This document shows, one piece after another, positions 36,649 through 49,692 of a stretch of DNA of 64,000 bases (its first letter is position 1; each line of letters opens with the position of its first letter). The stretch lies in NCBI RefSeq assembly GCF_006345805.1, contig NC_042998.1:7254001-7318000 (forward strand), in the 5' to 3' direction. The notes below the pieces were generated by a model. It searched no databases and was not told the DNA's origin. It was given only the letters and a program-made list of their open reading frames with translations. The DNA is from Octopus sinensis. Taxonomy: Eukaryota. The position numbers and the translations under genes are program-made.

Positions 36649-36691
<43 letters not shown>

Positions 36692-38349
36692 TATAGGCTT
36701 CCGTGCTGGTGGCACGTAAAAAGCGCCACCTTGACTGGCTTCCGTGCCGGTGGCACGTAAAATGCACCAATCCAATCGTTGCCAGCCTCGCCTGGCACCT
36801 GTGCCGGTGGCACGTAAAAAGCACCCACTACACTCACGGAGTGGTTGGCGTTAGGAAGGGCATCCAGCTGTAGAAACACTGCCAGATCAAACTGGAGCCT
36901 GGTGCAGCCTTCTGGCTTCCCAGATCCCCAGTCAAACCGTCCAACCCATGCTAGCATGGAGAATGGACGTTAAACGATGATGATGATGATATATATATAT
37001 TGCCATCTTGCAACTCAATCCCAGGAAGATCAAATCTGTACTTGTTTGTGTTTGACAATAAATCTGAAGCATAGTTAGCTACTTGGGGTCTAATCCAGTA
37101 AAGGTGCTCAAAGGACTAAGCAGGGCAGCAGTATGATGTTTAAGAGAATGTATTCTATTTAGAAAGCAGTGAAGAAAAGATGTACACATAGCATGAAACA
37201 GAAATGGATGAGATAGAAAACATCAGAGTGAAATTTTCATTAAGAAAGAAACTAAAAGAAATGTTCAACCAAGTGCAAATAACTATCTTGCATTTATTCA
37301 ATTTGAAAATGTTTTCAATAAAGTTTGATACACTGTAACCTGATGAGCATTTGAAGAGCCAACTGTTGCAGAATGACTTATGAGACCATTTTAGCACCGT
37401 ATAAGAGGGAACTATAGGAAAAGTTGAAAGTGCTCAGTTAAGGAAATTATTGTACAGTTGTAAAATTCGTACATTATCATCAACAGATAAATTCATCCTC
37501 TTCTTAATTTCATTACAAGATATGGAATTAGCAAATTCATTCATCATCATCATCATCATCATCATTGGCATAAAAAGGAATTTACTGATGATGAATCAGT
37601 TCATGATGAAATTAGTTTGGTACCAGGTGATGTATTTACCAAAATATTTACCAAGATTTAATTATCCGCAATGAATTTACAGCACATTGTGAATTATTAC
37701 CAGTGTTCTGTCTTGAGTTATCTTCCTTATAGTTCTTGAAACAATCTTCCAAATGTTTAGACATATAATCACATAGATTTTTATACTTATCACAAAATTA
37801 CTTAAAGAACTACTGGCAATATTTGAAGTGTTGGGTCTATTCTTTGACATGGTGGCCCCTACACAACACGTTTTTATCTGATGCATGGCTATAATAAGAG
37901 GGTTAGTCTCACAGCTTGACACCTTGGGCAAGTGTCTTTACTAGGTTCCCAAGCCAACCAATGCCTTGTGAGTAAATTTGGTAGAAGAAAACTGTGTGGA
38001 AGCCCATCATAAATATGTGTATATATGTCTGTGTCTGTGTCTGTGTGAATGTATGCATGAATTTGTGACTGTGTCTGCCAACCCCATAACATTGCTTGGC
38101 AATTAATGTTGGTTAGTTCACTTACCTGTAGTTTAGCAGTTCAGCAAAAGAATACCATATAACAAGTACCAGACTTGTTTGAAAAAAGGCTTCTATTCAA
38201 CTAAAAAGACCCTTTTAGGTAATGCTCCATCATGGATGCAGCCTAATGACAAACAAGTTAAAGTTAAAGGATAAAAGAAACGTTGGTAGCTATTCTAAGA
38301 TAGTTTAATTTGACATAACAGTTGATGCAGAAATGTATAATGAATCTAA

Positions 38350-39435
38350 AGGTGGCGAGCTGGCAGAAACATTAACGCGATGGGCGAAATGCTTAGCGTT
38401 GTTTCGTCTGCCGTTACATTCTGAGTTCAAATTCCACCGAGGTCGACTTTGCCTTTCATCCTTTCAGGGTCGATAAATTAAGTACCAGTTATGCACTGGG
38501 GTTGATGTAATCGACTTAATCCGTTTGTCTGTCCTTTGTCTGTCCTTGTTTGTCCCCTTGTGGGCAATAAAGAAATAAGAAATGTTAGCACACCGGGCGA
38601 AATGGTTAGTGGTATTTCGTCTGCTGTTACATTCTGAGTTCAAATTCCACCGAGGTCGACTTTGCCTTTCATCCTTCAGGGTCGATAAATAAGTACCAGT
38701 TATGCACTGGGGTTGATGTAATCGACTTAATCCGTTTGTCTGTCCTTTGTCTGTCTTGTTTGTCCCCTTGTGGGCAATAAAGAAATAAGAAATGTTAGCA
38801 CACCGGGCGAAATGGTTAGTGGTATTTCGTCTGCTGTTACATTCTGAGTTCAAATTCCACCGAGGTCGACTTTGCCTTTCATCCTTTCAGGGTCGATAAA
38901 TTAAGTACCAGTTATGCACTGGGGTTGATGTAATCGACTTAATCCGTTTGTCTGTCCTTTGTCTGTCCTTGTTTGTCCCCTTGTGGGCAATAAAGAAATA
39001 AGAAATGTTAGCACACCGGGCGAAATGGTTAGTGGTATTTCGTCTGCTGTTACATTCTGAGTTCAAATTCCACCGAGGTCGACTTTGCCTTTCATCCTTT
39101 CAGGGTCGATAAATTAAGTACCAGTTACGCACTGGGGTCGATGTAATCGACTTAATCCCTTTTTCTGTCCTTGTTTCTCCCCTCTGTGTTTAGCCCCTTG
39201 TGGGCAGTAAAGAAACAAGAAATGTTAGCACACCGGGTGAAATGGTTAGTGGTATTTCGTCTGCCGTTAAATTCTGAGTTCAAATTCCACCGAGGTCGAC
39301 TTTGCCTTTCATCCTTTCGGGGTCGATTAAATAAGTACCAGTTATGCACTGGGGTCGATATAATCGACTTAATCCGTTTGTCTGTCCTTGTTTGTCCCTT
39401 CTATGTTTAGCCCCCTTGTGGGCAGTAAAGAAATT
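38350..39435 (+). repeat. Five-unit head-to-tail array (210-217 bp) of SINE family C
   Basis: The gtta.attctgagttcaaattccaccgagg anchor occurs at 38413, 38626, 38836, 39049 and 39266; units 1-3 are nearly identical. Confidence 0.92.
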
Positions 39436-39639
39436 CGAAATGTATAATGAAACTGAAGTATTTGTTAGGACTGATGTGTAAGGTGTTGTACTTTATTTTT
39501 TAAAAATTGTATTATTTTATTCTATTTTATTCACTTAAGTTTTATTTTAGCATGTTTTGATTTTCATTTCTAAATTCGATATTCTTTGATTTTCATTTCT
39601 AAATTCAGTATTCTTTGTTTTGTTTTTTATTTATTTCAG

Positions 39640-39750
39640 ATCCCTAGGTATATAATTACTCTTCACGAACTTTTGGCACACACTCCTCATGACCATGTGG
39701 AGAGAGAGAAGCTAGAGTATGCCCAAAGTAAACTGGAAGAGTTATCACGC
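39640..39750 (+). CDS. RasGRF: RasGRF-family GEF, internal exon (end of DH domain)
   Basis: Acceptor tatttcag, donor CGC|gtgagt. 111 nt, phase 0-0. Translates [37 protein letters not shown]. Confidence 0.95.
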
Positions 39751-41235
39751 GTGAGTTAACATTTTATTTCATTTACTATAACACACATTTTTTAAAAGCA
39801 GTCAACCAAATCACCACCACCCCCTAGCCTTTGGGTACCCTCACGAAAGTTCACTTACACTCAATCCCCTTCCCAGCCATGTGGTTACTCTATCCCTCAA
39901 TGAGCGATTGAGCTTTCTTCAATGTGACCATTTACATTGCAGAAAATAACAGCCAAAATTTTCTTCAAATAACACTATACTATCTTGAAAAAAGATGGAT
40001 CTTGGTTTATTATGGGTTTACATTACTCAATTAAATAAGTACTTTTTTCAGCAGAAAGACAAACTGGTTATATAATAATAATAATAACAATAATAATAAT
40101 AATAATAAAACATTGTGTACATGTTTGTTAACCTGCAGTTAAATAACAACAATAATAACAACAACAATATTTTTTTACTATTTATTCTTGTAAGCTACAG
40201 AAGTTTATCTCACAAAGAAACTTTGGTTACTTCAGCCTAACAAACCAATCAAACCTATTGGGGCCTTGGCCCATATATTATTGAGTATACAAGATCATGA
40301 AGTATAATGCTAGCCATCAAGTTATTGTATGTCTCTCTCTTTTACTCTTTTACTTGTTTCAGTCATTTGACTGCGGCCATGCAAATCGACCCCGGAACTT
40401 ATTCTTTGTAAGCCCAGTACTTATTCTATCGGTCTCTTTTGCCGAACTGCTAAGTCACGGGGACGTAAACACACACCAGCATAGGTTGTCAAGCAATGCT
40501 AAGGAGACAAACACAGACACACAAACATATACACACACATACATATATATATATATACATATATACGACAGGCTTCTTTCAGTTTCCGTCTACCAAGTCC
40601 ACTCACAAGGCATTGGTCGGCCCGGGGCTATAGCAGAAGACACTTGCCCAAGGTGTCACGCAGTGGGACTGAACCCGGAACCATGTGGCTGGTTAGCAAG
40701 CTACTTACCACACAGCCACTCCTGCGTCTGAATATGTTATTATTATAAAATTTCAATAAAGTGAAAATAAATCTCACAGTTTATACATGTTTTTTTAAAA
40801 AAAATTTTGTTTAATGGCTTCAGTAGCTCCTCAACATCACCATTGATTTAATCTCAATAAATACAATCTTAATGCAAATCACTTGCTAAACATGAGCAAT
40901 TCAAGAATAAAAACTATAGAAATATCAGTGGATCTTCGATTATTATAGGTGTATATTACTCAATCAGTTTTAAAAATCTTAGTTTTATATGAGTTACCTC
41001 CCTTGCAACGTCTTCGCTTATTAAATGATCTGCACATATTTTCTTTACATGTATTTTATTTGAATTTCCCCTTCAGTACTGGCTTTTAGGAGGATTTCTA
41101 AAAAAAGCATTATGCATTTATGTTCGCTGAAACTGACGTAAGGCTTATTTTGAGTTTTTTTTTTTTTTTCCACTAATTTCTTAACCCATTTAATATGGAA
41201 AACATGCATATAATATTTTCCATACTCTCAAAAAT

Positions 41236-41752
41236 ATGCTCTTAGATATGGTTTCTGATTACAAATATCTTGGGTTATACATATCATCATCTGAAAAAGA
41301 TTTTCTAACTAGAAAGGGTATGGCCTGGTCAGCCTGTAATGACATGCATAAGATCTGGTCATCAAATCTAAGTAGAGATTTCAAACTTAAAATCTTCAAA
41401 GCCACAGTCAAACCAATTCCGCTATATGGCTCAGAAACCTGGACATTATCAAAGAAGCTTGAGAGGCAGTTGGATGGAACCTACACTCGCCTCCTTATGA
41501 GAGCTCAAAATCTCTCGTGGAAGCGCCATCCAACCAAAATGCAAATATATGGGAAACTACCACCTGTGTCATCTCTTGTGAAAGGTAAGAGAGTCCAGTT
41601 TGCTGGACATTGTTGTAGAGCTGAAAAAGAGGTAATTTCTATTCTTCTCCTCTGGAACCCATCTGCTCGCGATACCAGAGGGCGCACACTCTCCTACCCT
41701 GATGTAATTCCATTGTCTCAAACACGGTCGAACAATGATGATGATGATGATG
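41236..41752 (+). mobile_element. RTE-like LINE C-terminal fragment with (GAT)n tail
   Basis: YKYLG..AWSAC..IW..KLKIFKATV..LYGSETWTL..LDGTYTRLL..QFAGHC; the frame is open, with a probable deletion just before the tail. Confidence 0.85.
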
Positions 41753-44500
41753 CATATGCTGAAAATTTCATTACTTTTAACAGCAGAAGTCAATTTTATA
41801 TACCAAATTATCTTTTGTCAAGGAATTTCACTTTTAAAGCTATATATTTGAAATATGTCCAGTTGACAGAGGAAACAGGATCTGCAGAAAATACCAATTC
41901 TATTTTCTGATAGATATTTAACATCGCTCCCCTGCTTGCAATATCTCGGATGCTGATGTGCATCATTAACCAGCAAGAGGAGATGTCCTCTTGGTGTTAA
42001 AAAATCACAGTAAAGTCCATTCGAACAGACAGTCATGTTAATCCATTTTACTTATTTAAGGAACAAAAAAAAAAAACACAAAATTTAATTTCACAATGAA
42101 AAGGTTAAAAAGAAAAAAAGTACCTCAAGTCAAAGAAGACCTCACTTGGAACAATGTAAAACGAGGTGTATCTGTTGTCATGGTTATATGTTTTTTTCTA
42201 TGAAATAGAAAGGTATGAAATATGAGAGGAAATATCTAGAAAGGACTTGGAGCTTTTTGGTCAGAATTAAGGAAAGAATTGTTGGAGATAAAATGAAGAT
42301 ATATTCCATTTTAGTATGGACAATCGTTAGCACCTGCATTAGTCTGCTTGTCACCACGTGTGTGCGGGTGTTACTCTGCTAACAATCTTAAAACTATGAA
42401 TTAAAATCAAGACAAAACTGAAAGAAACAACCCCAAATGTTTCATGTTAATATGGAATAAATTCAAAGATTATAATCAAAATTTTTAACATAAAGTAAAA
42501 TGTTGTCAAGATATGCAAATTTATGCATCAAAATAAGAACATTTATTAAAAGTTAGATTTTCTCAGATTCATCATCATCATCATCGTCATCATCACTACA
42601 ACTACAACTACCAGTGCCACCACCATTACCTATTTCTTTATTACCCCACAAGGGGCTAAACACAGAGGGGACAAACAAGGACAGACATAGGTATTAAGTC
42701 GATTACATCGACCCCAGTGCGTAACTGGTACTTAATTTATCGACTCCGAAAGAATGAAAGGCAAAGTCGACCTCGGCGGAATTTGAACTCAGAACGTAAC
42801 GGCAGACGAAATACCTATTTCTTTATTACCCACAAGGGGCTAAACACAGAGGAGACAAACAAGGAGAGACATAGGCATTAAGTCGATTACATCGACCCCA
42901 GTGCGTAACTGGTACTTAATTTATCGACCCCGAAAGGATGAAAGGCAAAGTCGACCTCGGCGGAATTTGAACTCAGACGTAATGGCAGACGAAATACCGC
43001 TAAGCATTTCGCCCGGCGTGCTAACGATTCTGCCAGCTCGCCGCCTTTACCATCCTTAACATCATCATCATCACCTACAGCAAAATCACCAGCACCCATA
43101 CCACCACTAAGCAGACAGACACCCACCACTACCAACCTCACCACCACCATTATCATCTTCGTCAGCATCATCATCATTATCATCATCATTATTTCAACGT
43201 CCATTTTTCCATGCTGGCATGGGTCAGGTGGATCTTGTTGAGGTAGATTTTCCCCTCCCACCCAAATGCCTTTCCTGTCATCAACCCCCATTAACGTCTA
43301 ACAAATTACCTCCCCTTAACTGGACCTGTTTCCATAGCAAAATGGCAACAGATGACACGATACTACTCTGCTTATATATATCATGGTGACATTAGCTTAC
43401 AACTATCACATGATGTCAAGACAAGAACACACCCACCCGCCCACCCGCATGCACATTAGTTTCAATTAGATTACAGGTGATCTACGTAAGAATTCTACAG
43501 GTTAAATGATGCTTCATCAAATGAGTGTTATACATTTTAATATGTAAAATGGACAATCAAGTTTCCTGAAATAATAATTAAAAAAATTTCTTTTTTCTAA
43601 TTTTTGCACGAGGCCAGCAATTCGAGGGGAGGGGGCAAATCAATTACACCAACATCAGTATTTGATTGGCATTTATTTTATACCCCCAGAAGAATATAAA
43701 GCCAAAGTTGAGCTTAGTACGATTTGAACCCTGAATGTATTATTCCAACTCTTTACATTCTAAGTTCAAATTCTAATAAATTCAGCTTTTGGGGATTGAT
43801 AACATAAAGTACTATTGTTGTTGTTGTTGTTTGTTCCTTCTCTAGCCATGCCTGGCTCATAAGGGCCAGTTTCCCGGTTTCCTTGGCATATAGGTTCCCC
43901 ACCTAAACGGGACGCCGGTCCGTTGCTGGTGAGCTGCAAGAGAAAAGAGTGAGAGGAAGGGTCAGCAGAAGTTCACCATTACCTTCTGCCGGAACCGCGT
44001 GGAGCTTAGGTGTTTCGCTCATAAACACAAACATCACCTGGTCTGATATTCGAACCCGCAATCCCTCGACCACAAGTCCGCTGCTCTAACCTCTAGGCCA
44101 TGTGCCTCCAACATAAAGCACTAGACAAATAATAATAATCCTTTCTACACAAGGCTTAAAATTTTAGGGGAGTGGACTAGTCGATTACATTAACCCCAGT
44201 GTCTTACTGGTACTTAATTTATCGACCCCAAAAGGATGAAACGCAAAGTTGAACTCGGCAGAATTTTAACTCAGAATATAAAAATGGATGAAATTCCACT
44301 AAGCAGTTTGTCTGGCATGCTAACTATTCTTTGCTACTCTAGACACAAGGCCCGAAATTTAGGGGAAGAGGGTTGTGATGCATGTGCCTGTGTACCCTTA
44401 TCAGACGGGTAGTCATGATGGGTATACCGGGCTTTGTATATTTTACCCCTGTGTCACTTTGATGGCATGCACTGCTCTCTCACTCAATAATATTAATAAT

Positions 44501-44535
<35 letters not shown>

Positions 44536-44900
44536 TAATAATAATTAAAAAGCTACTTAAAGAGGATATAAAATTAGTAATAATGTAATAAATTCTAACT
44601 GAACTTTTACTCATGTCATTGCAGAAGATATGAAAACCTAACATGAGGTTTCTTACATTTCAAATTTTTTGACAAATTCTTTCAACAGTAATCATTGTAA
44701 TGGTGTATTAAAACTGGTGAGTGCAGTATTTAGGAAATGAAGGACTGCTAAATCTATGCTTACTGCATATACTTTATACGCACTTTTTGACAAATTTTGG
44801 TGCACCTGAGTACTGTATACAATAATTTCCTTATTATTATTATTATATTTAAAAAAAATTCCCATTTCATTTGCATCTCTTACTTTTTTTGTATTTTCAG

Positions 44901-45018
44901 ATAATGCATGATGAAGTAAGTGAAACTGAAAACATACGAAAAAATTTAGCTGTCGAACGGATGATAATTGAAGGATGTGATATTTTGTTAGACGTCAATC
45001 AAACATTTATCCGGCAAG
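44901..45018 (+). CDS. RasGRF: RasGRF-family GEF, internal exon (DH-PH linker, start of PH2)
   Basis: Acceptor gtattttcag, donor CAAG|gtaagt. Translates [39 protein letters not shown](G), nearly identical to the recalled RasGRF1 segment. Confidence 0.95.
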
Positions 45019-45442
45019 GTAAGTGAAGGTTTATGCTTTAATCTTTTGTCTCCCTTTTACTTGTTTCAATCATGGACTGCATCCATGCTGGAGCACTGCC
45101 TTGAAGAAATCAAATCCAGTAATCATTTTTTTAAAACTTAGTACTGATTTGGTCGGTCTGCTTTGACAAATGCTAAGCTACGGGGATGTAAACAAACCAA
45201 AACCAGTTGTCAAGTAATGGTGAGAGAACAAATGCACACATGCCCAAGCACACACACACATACACACACATATATATTCAGCACTATAGAAAATTTTTGG
45301 AGATAACCTTAACTAGTGATGCAATAGCATTGCTAACACAGTAGAACACAGCAGTGACTTATAAAAACATTCAATATACTTTGTAGCATATTATGGTTGC
45401 TTAACGAAATACCATGTTCCTACAGGTCATTAACATATATAT

Positions 45443-46219
45443 CATCATCATCATCGTTTAACGTCCGTTTTCCGTGCTAGCATGGGTTGGACGGTTCAAC
45501 TGGGGTCTGGGAAGCCAGGAGGCTGCACCAGGCTCCAATCTGATCTGGCAGTGTTTCTACAGATGGATGCCCTTCCTGACGCCAACCACTCCAAGAGTGT
45601 AGTGGGTGCAACTGCTGGAATAAGAATAGCCAGGGCTAAGTTCTGAGAGCTCCTACCTCTGCTGGTGACAAAGGGCCTCTCGCTCAGAGTAAAAGATAGA
45701 CTGTATAATGCATGTGTATGAACAACCATGCAACATAGCAGTGAAACATGGGCTGTGACTGCTGAGGACATGCGTAAGCTTGCAAGGAATGAAACCAGTA
45801 TGTTCCACTGGATGTGTAATGTCAGTGTTCATACTCGACAGAGTGTAAGTACCTTGAGAGAAAAGCTGGACCTAAGAAGCATCAGATGTGGTATGCAAGA
45901 GGGATGACTGCACAGGTATGGACATGTGGTGCGAATGGATGAGGACATCTGTGTGAAAAAGTGTCACACCCTAGCGGTTGAGGGAACCTGTGGCAGAGGT
46001 AGACCCAGGAAGACCTGGGATGAGGTGGTGAAGCACGACCTTCGAACATTAGGCCTCACCAAGACAATGACTAGCGACCGAGACCTTTAGAGATATGTTG
46101 TGCTTGAGAAGACCCAGCAATCCGAGTGAGACCATAACCCATGGCCTATGCGTACCTTTCTTTCATTGCTCACCAAACTCTGCTTGCGAAACCTGTTGAG
46201 GCAAGTGAAATCAAAATCA
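45443..46219. mobile_element. RTE LINE insertion with 5' inversion (3' end on -, ORF segment on +)
   Basis: 45443-45610 is the family D 3' end with tail on the minus strand. 45610-46130 (+) encodes LLPLLVTKGLSLRVKDRLY..ETWAVTAEDMRKL..YGHVVRM..GRGRPRKTW, then 3' UTR to about 46219. Confidence 0.8.
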
Positions 46220-46386
46220 ATACTTACAATATTTTTTTGCCTAAATATTGAATCATGATCTTCGCCTGATCTAACAATTACCATATTTGATGGCATATAA
46301 AACACTTTTTGCCCCCAAAAGTCATTACAAAAAATCACCCTGGGTCCTATATGCAAAGTCAGGTCTCTATTACATGTTGTTGTTGT

Positions 46387-46421
<35 letters not shown>

Positions 46422-46480
46422 TAGTTGTAGTAGTAGTAGTAGTAGTAACACACTGATAGTTATGTGAAATGAAAGTTTAA

Positions 46481-47086
46481 CTCTTTAACATTTAAACTGG
46501 TCATGTCCAGCCCAGAATATAATACCTATTTTACATTCAAGCTGACAAGATCCAAACTCTCACACCTATCCAACAATGTCATTCTAAAAATGAACAATCA
46601 CCTCACTAAAATTTCAAAGCTACAAGATGATTCAATATTAATTCAAAATGATGTTAATAAATAAGCATTACATTTAATATATAATATAATATAATGAAAT
46701 TATTGTATACAGTGCTCAGGTGCACCACAACTTGTCAGAAAGTGTGTATAAAGTACATGCAGTAATGTACAAATGTCTGGAAAGCGAACAATGTATGAGT
46801 CAGATACATGCTTGTGTGTGTATGGAGGGGAGAAAATCAGGTGTAGTGTTGGCGAATCTCAGGAAGCATGGAAGTTTTGAAGGATGAAGTGCTCCGACAA
46901 CTAACAACCGATGCCGGCAGTTTGTTCCATACCTCAGCAACTCTCAACGTGAAAAAATGTTTCCTAAAGTCATGGGAGCTGTACTGTTTTCTGACTTTGT
47001 AAATATGTCCACGGGTGTTAGACGGGTGGAGTTTGAAAAGGTGCTCAGAGTTATTATTTTACAAAAGTGATCTAAATGCTACAAGG
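46481..47086. mobile_element. Degenerate piggyBac-like MITE containing a CR1 3' fragment
   Basis: TTAA|ctctttaacatttaaa ... taaatgctacaagg|TTAA, with a CR1 fragment at about 46680-47055. Confidence 0.6.
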
Positions 47087-48148
47087 TTAAACCAAAAATT
47101 AATTTCTGACAAATGATTAGCATTTACATATGATACAAATATGATTATTTTGAGATGTCCTTTACTGAGCCTAGAAAATACATGAAAGGGTGACTGAGTT
47201 CCTTTCAAGCATTGGGCCCCATGGTGGCAAAGTGGCTGGGTTCCTATCGAGTTTTGGGCCTCACTTACAAGAGGTGACTGAGTTCCCTTTGAGCATTGGG
47301 CCTCATAGAAGCAAAGTGGCTGAGTTCCTTTCAAATGTTGGGCCTCATGAAGGCAATGACCAAGACCTTTGAAAGAAGCCTATCCTATGTGGTGTGTGTG
47401 TATGATCAATGCTTAAACAACTTGTGTTGGTTTGTTTACATCCCTGAAACTAAGTGGTTTGGTAAAATAGAATAAGTACAAGGCCTTAAAACCATAAGTA
47501 GCGGGGGGGTCATTCATTTCACAAAAATTCGTCAAGGCAGTGCCCCAGCATGGCCACAGTCTAATGACTGGAACAAGGAAAAGATATAAAAAATAGTATT
47601 GTAAGATTTGAGAGAGATTTGACTGCTATTTGTAGCAGATCAAATGACCACATAGAAGCTCTCCTCCCTTCAATTCTTTTGTCAAATTAATTGGAATCAA
47701 AAGTGATGTTTTATTGTGTCTGGGGAGAGTCATTCTCTTTTAGTGCCTCATTAATTTAATTCACCATTTTCCACTCATTTCCTTATTTATTTTTACTAAG
47801 ATTTTCGTTGCGACTTGCAACCTTTTCAGTAGTCATTGATTCTGTCCATTATCGGAACGGCATTCTTTTCTTTTTTTGTACACATGCATGTACGTCAATG
47901 TGAATGCGCATATACATATGCATGTATGTATGCAAGTACATATGTATGTATGTGTATGTGTGTGTGTATGTGTGTATGTATGCATGTGTGTGTGTATGTG
48001 TGTATGTATGCATGTGTGTGTGTATGTGCGTATGCATGTATGAGTGTATGCATGTATGTGTGTGTATGCATATATATATATGTATGTACATATACAAGTG
48101 TGCAGATTTGTATGTATGTATGTACTCTATATGTTTGTGTGTATGCAT

Positions 48149-48211
<63 letters not shown>

Positions 48212-48399
48212 TGTATGTGTGGACGTTTGTATATATATGTATGCATTCTGCATATCCAAGTGCCTGTGTGTTTGTGTCACATGAAATCTCGTAAAGAATC
48301 GTGAAAGCCAAATGCAAACAGGAAAATTGATATTGTCAGTTGAGAACAAAATCTAAATATTATTACAAGAAATTTATCATATTTTTTTATCTTTTACTG

Positions 48400-49250
48400 T
48401 GGAAGGATAGCAACACCCATGAAACATTACAGGGCCTCTCAGGCTGGTAGGAATGAGGGAGGGAGGAAGGCATCCTTAACGTGAGTCCCAACCCAAATAC
48501 TTACAACAGAGTAAACTCTACTGAAGGTACCCAAGGCACCCAGTAGTGGTATTATCTGGGAGATGAATTAAGTCTACTATCCAAGCAGGCCATTGCAGGA
48601 CTGCAAGAAAATCTAGTCCAACATATTTGCAGTTTAAGATGGGTTGAAAGAAAAGAGTAAATTAAATCTTAGAATGGTATACCAAACACCAAGGCAGTGA
48701 GCTGGCAGAAACGTTAGGACGCTGGGCGAAATGCCTAGCGGTATTTCATCTGCCATTATGTTCTGAGTTCAAATTCCACCAAGGTTGACTTTGCCTTTCA
48801 TCCTTTCGGGGTCGATTAAATAAGTACCAGTTACGCACTGGGGTCGATATAATCGACTTAATCCCTTTGTCTGTCCTTGTTTGTCCCCTCTATGTTTAGC
48901 CCCTTGTGGGTAGTAAAAGAGATTGGATATACCAAATACCATTTTATCATATCCCACATTCTGGAATACTGGAGACATTCCATATAAATAAAACGGTTCC
49001 AATTCTAACATGATGCATCAACCGTACTAAGGTAAAATAGAAGACAACCATATCACTAAAAACAAAGATTCTTGAAATCATTCTTGTATCCATAAGGAGA
49101 GAAATGTTTTAGGGAGATACCTTGGGCTCATCACTCTTCTACTTGCCTTTGACCGATTCCATAAGGGAATCTGCTGAGTGAAACCACCAGGGTTACAAAT
49201 GGTGAAGACGACTTATAAACCACTTCCTCTTTAGGGAGGAATTGAAACTA
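48400..49250 (+). mobile_element. Highly degenerate R4/Dong-like non-LTR RT fragment with an inserted SINE C
   Basis: Residual motifs FYHIPHSGILETF (cf. AFDSVPHSWIL), IRREMF*GDTLGSSLFYLPL (cf. IRRGIFQGDSLSPLLFCLAL) and INHFLFREELKL (cf. INHLLYMDDLKL). SINE C at 48692-48920. Confidence 0.5.
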
Positions 49251-49257
49251 GTTATGA

Positions 49258-49627
49258 CAGTGGTTCCCAAAGTGGGAAGTACTGCACCCCTGGGGGCGGT
49301 GGAAAGTTCCAAGGGGGCAGTGGAAGAAAAGTGGGGCGATAATGGAGTAGTGATTCATGTAAAAAGTTGGGGCAGTAATGGAGTAAAAATTCATGTAAAA
49401 ATAACAAAATAATGGGTTCATTAAATCCTTTAAAATGTTTTAGCCCGAAGGCCGCGGCCATGCTGGGGCACCACTGCATTAGGTTAAGTTTTATTTGTGA
49501 AATACGGTTGCTTTGAATTTGCTTCAGAAAGAGGTCTGTATTTGTGATAGTTAGTTGGGGTGGAGGTGCTAGGAATATGGCCAGGGTGTCAAGCGGGTGG
49601 CAGCCTGAAATAGTTTGAGAACCACTA
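49258..49627. mobile_element. hAT (Charlie-like) MITE
   Basis: TIRs CAGTGGTTCCCAAA / TTTGAGAACCACTA; perfect 8-bp TSD AGTTATGA (49250-49257, 49628-49635). Confidence 0.85.
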
Positions 49628-49651
49628 AGTTATGAGACAGAATATCCAGCT

Positions 49652-49692
<41 letters not shown>

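Noticed and set aside
38350-39435. Regular array as a CRISPR-like locus
   Set aside because: The units are whole SINE bodies with no unique spacers, and the context is a eukaryotic intron.
42293-42382. Short signal-peptide-like ORF MKIYSILVWTIVSTCISLLVTTCVRVLLC
   Set aside because: Only 29 codons, ends in a stop, and has no splice or homology support; hydrophobic peptides are common by chance in AT-rich DNA.
47785-47838. Minus-strand CTGAAAA-gGTTGC..GCAAC-GAAA hammerhead-like motif
   Set aside because: G8 is missing, the spacing is off by one, and no stem III forms.
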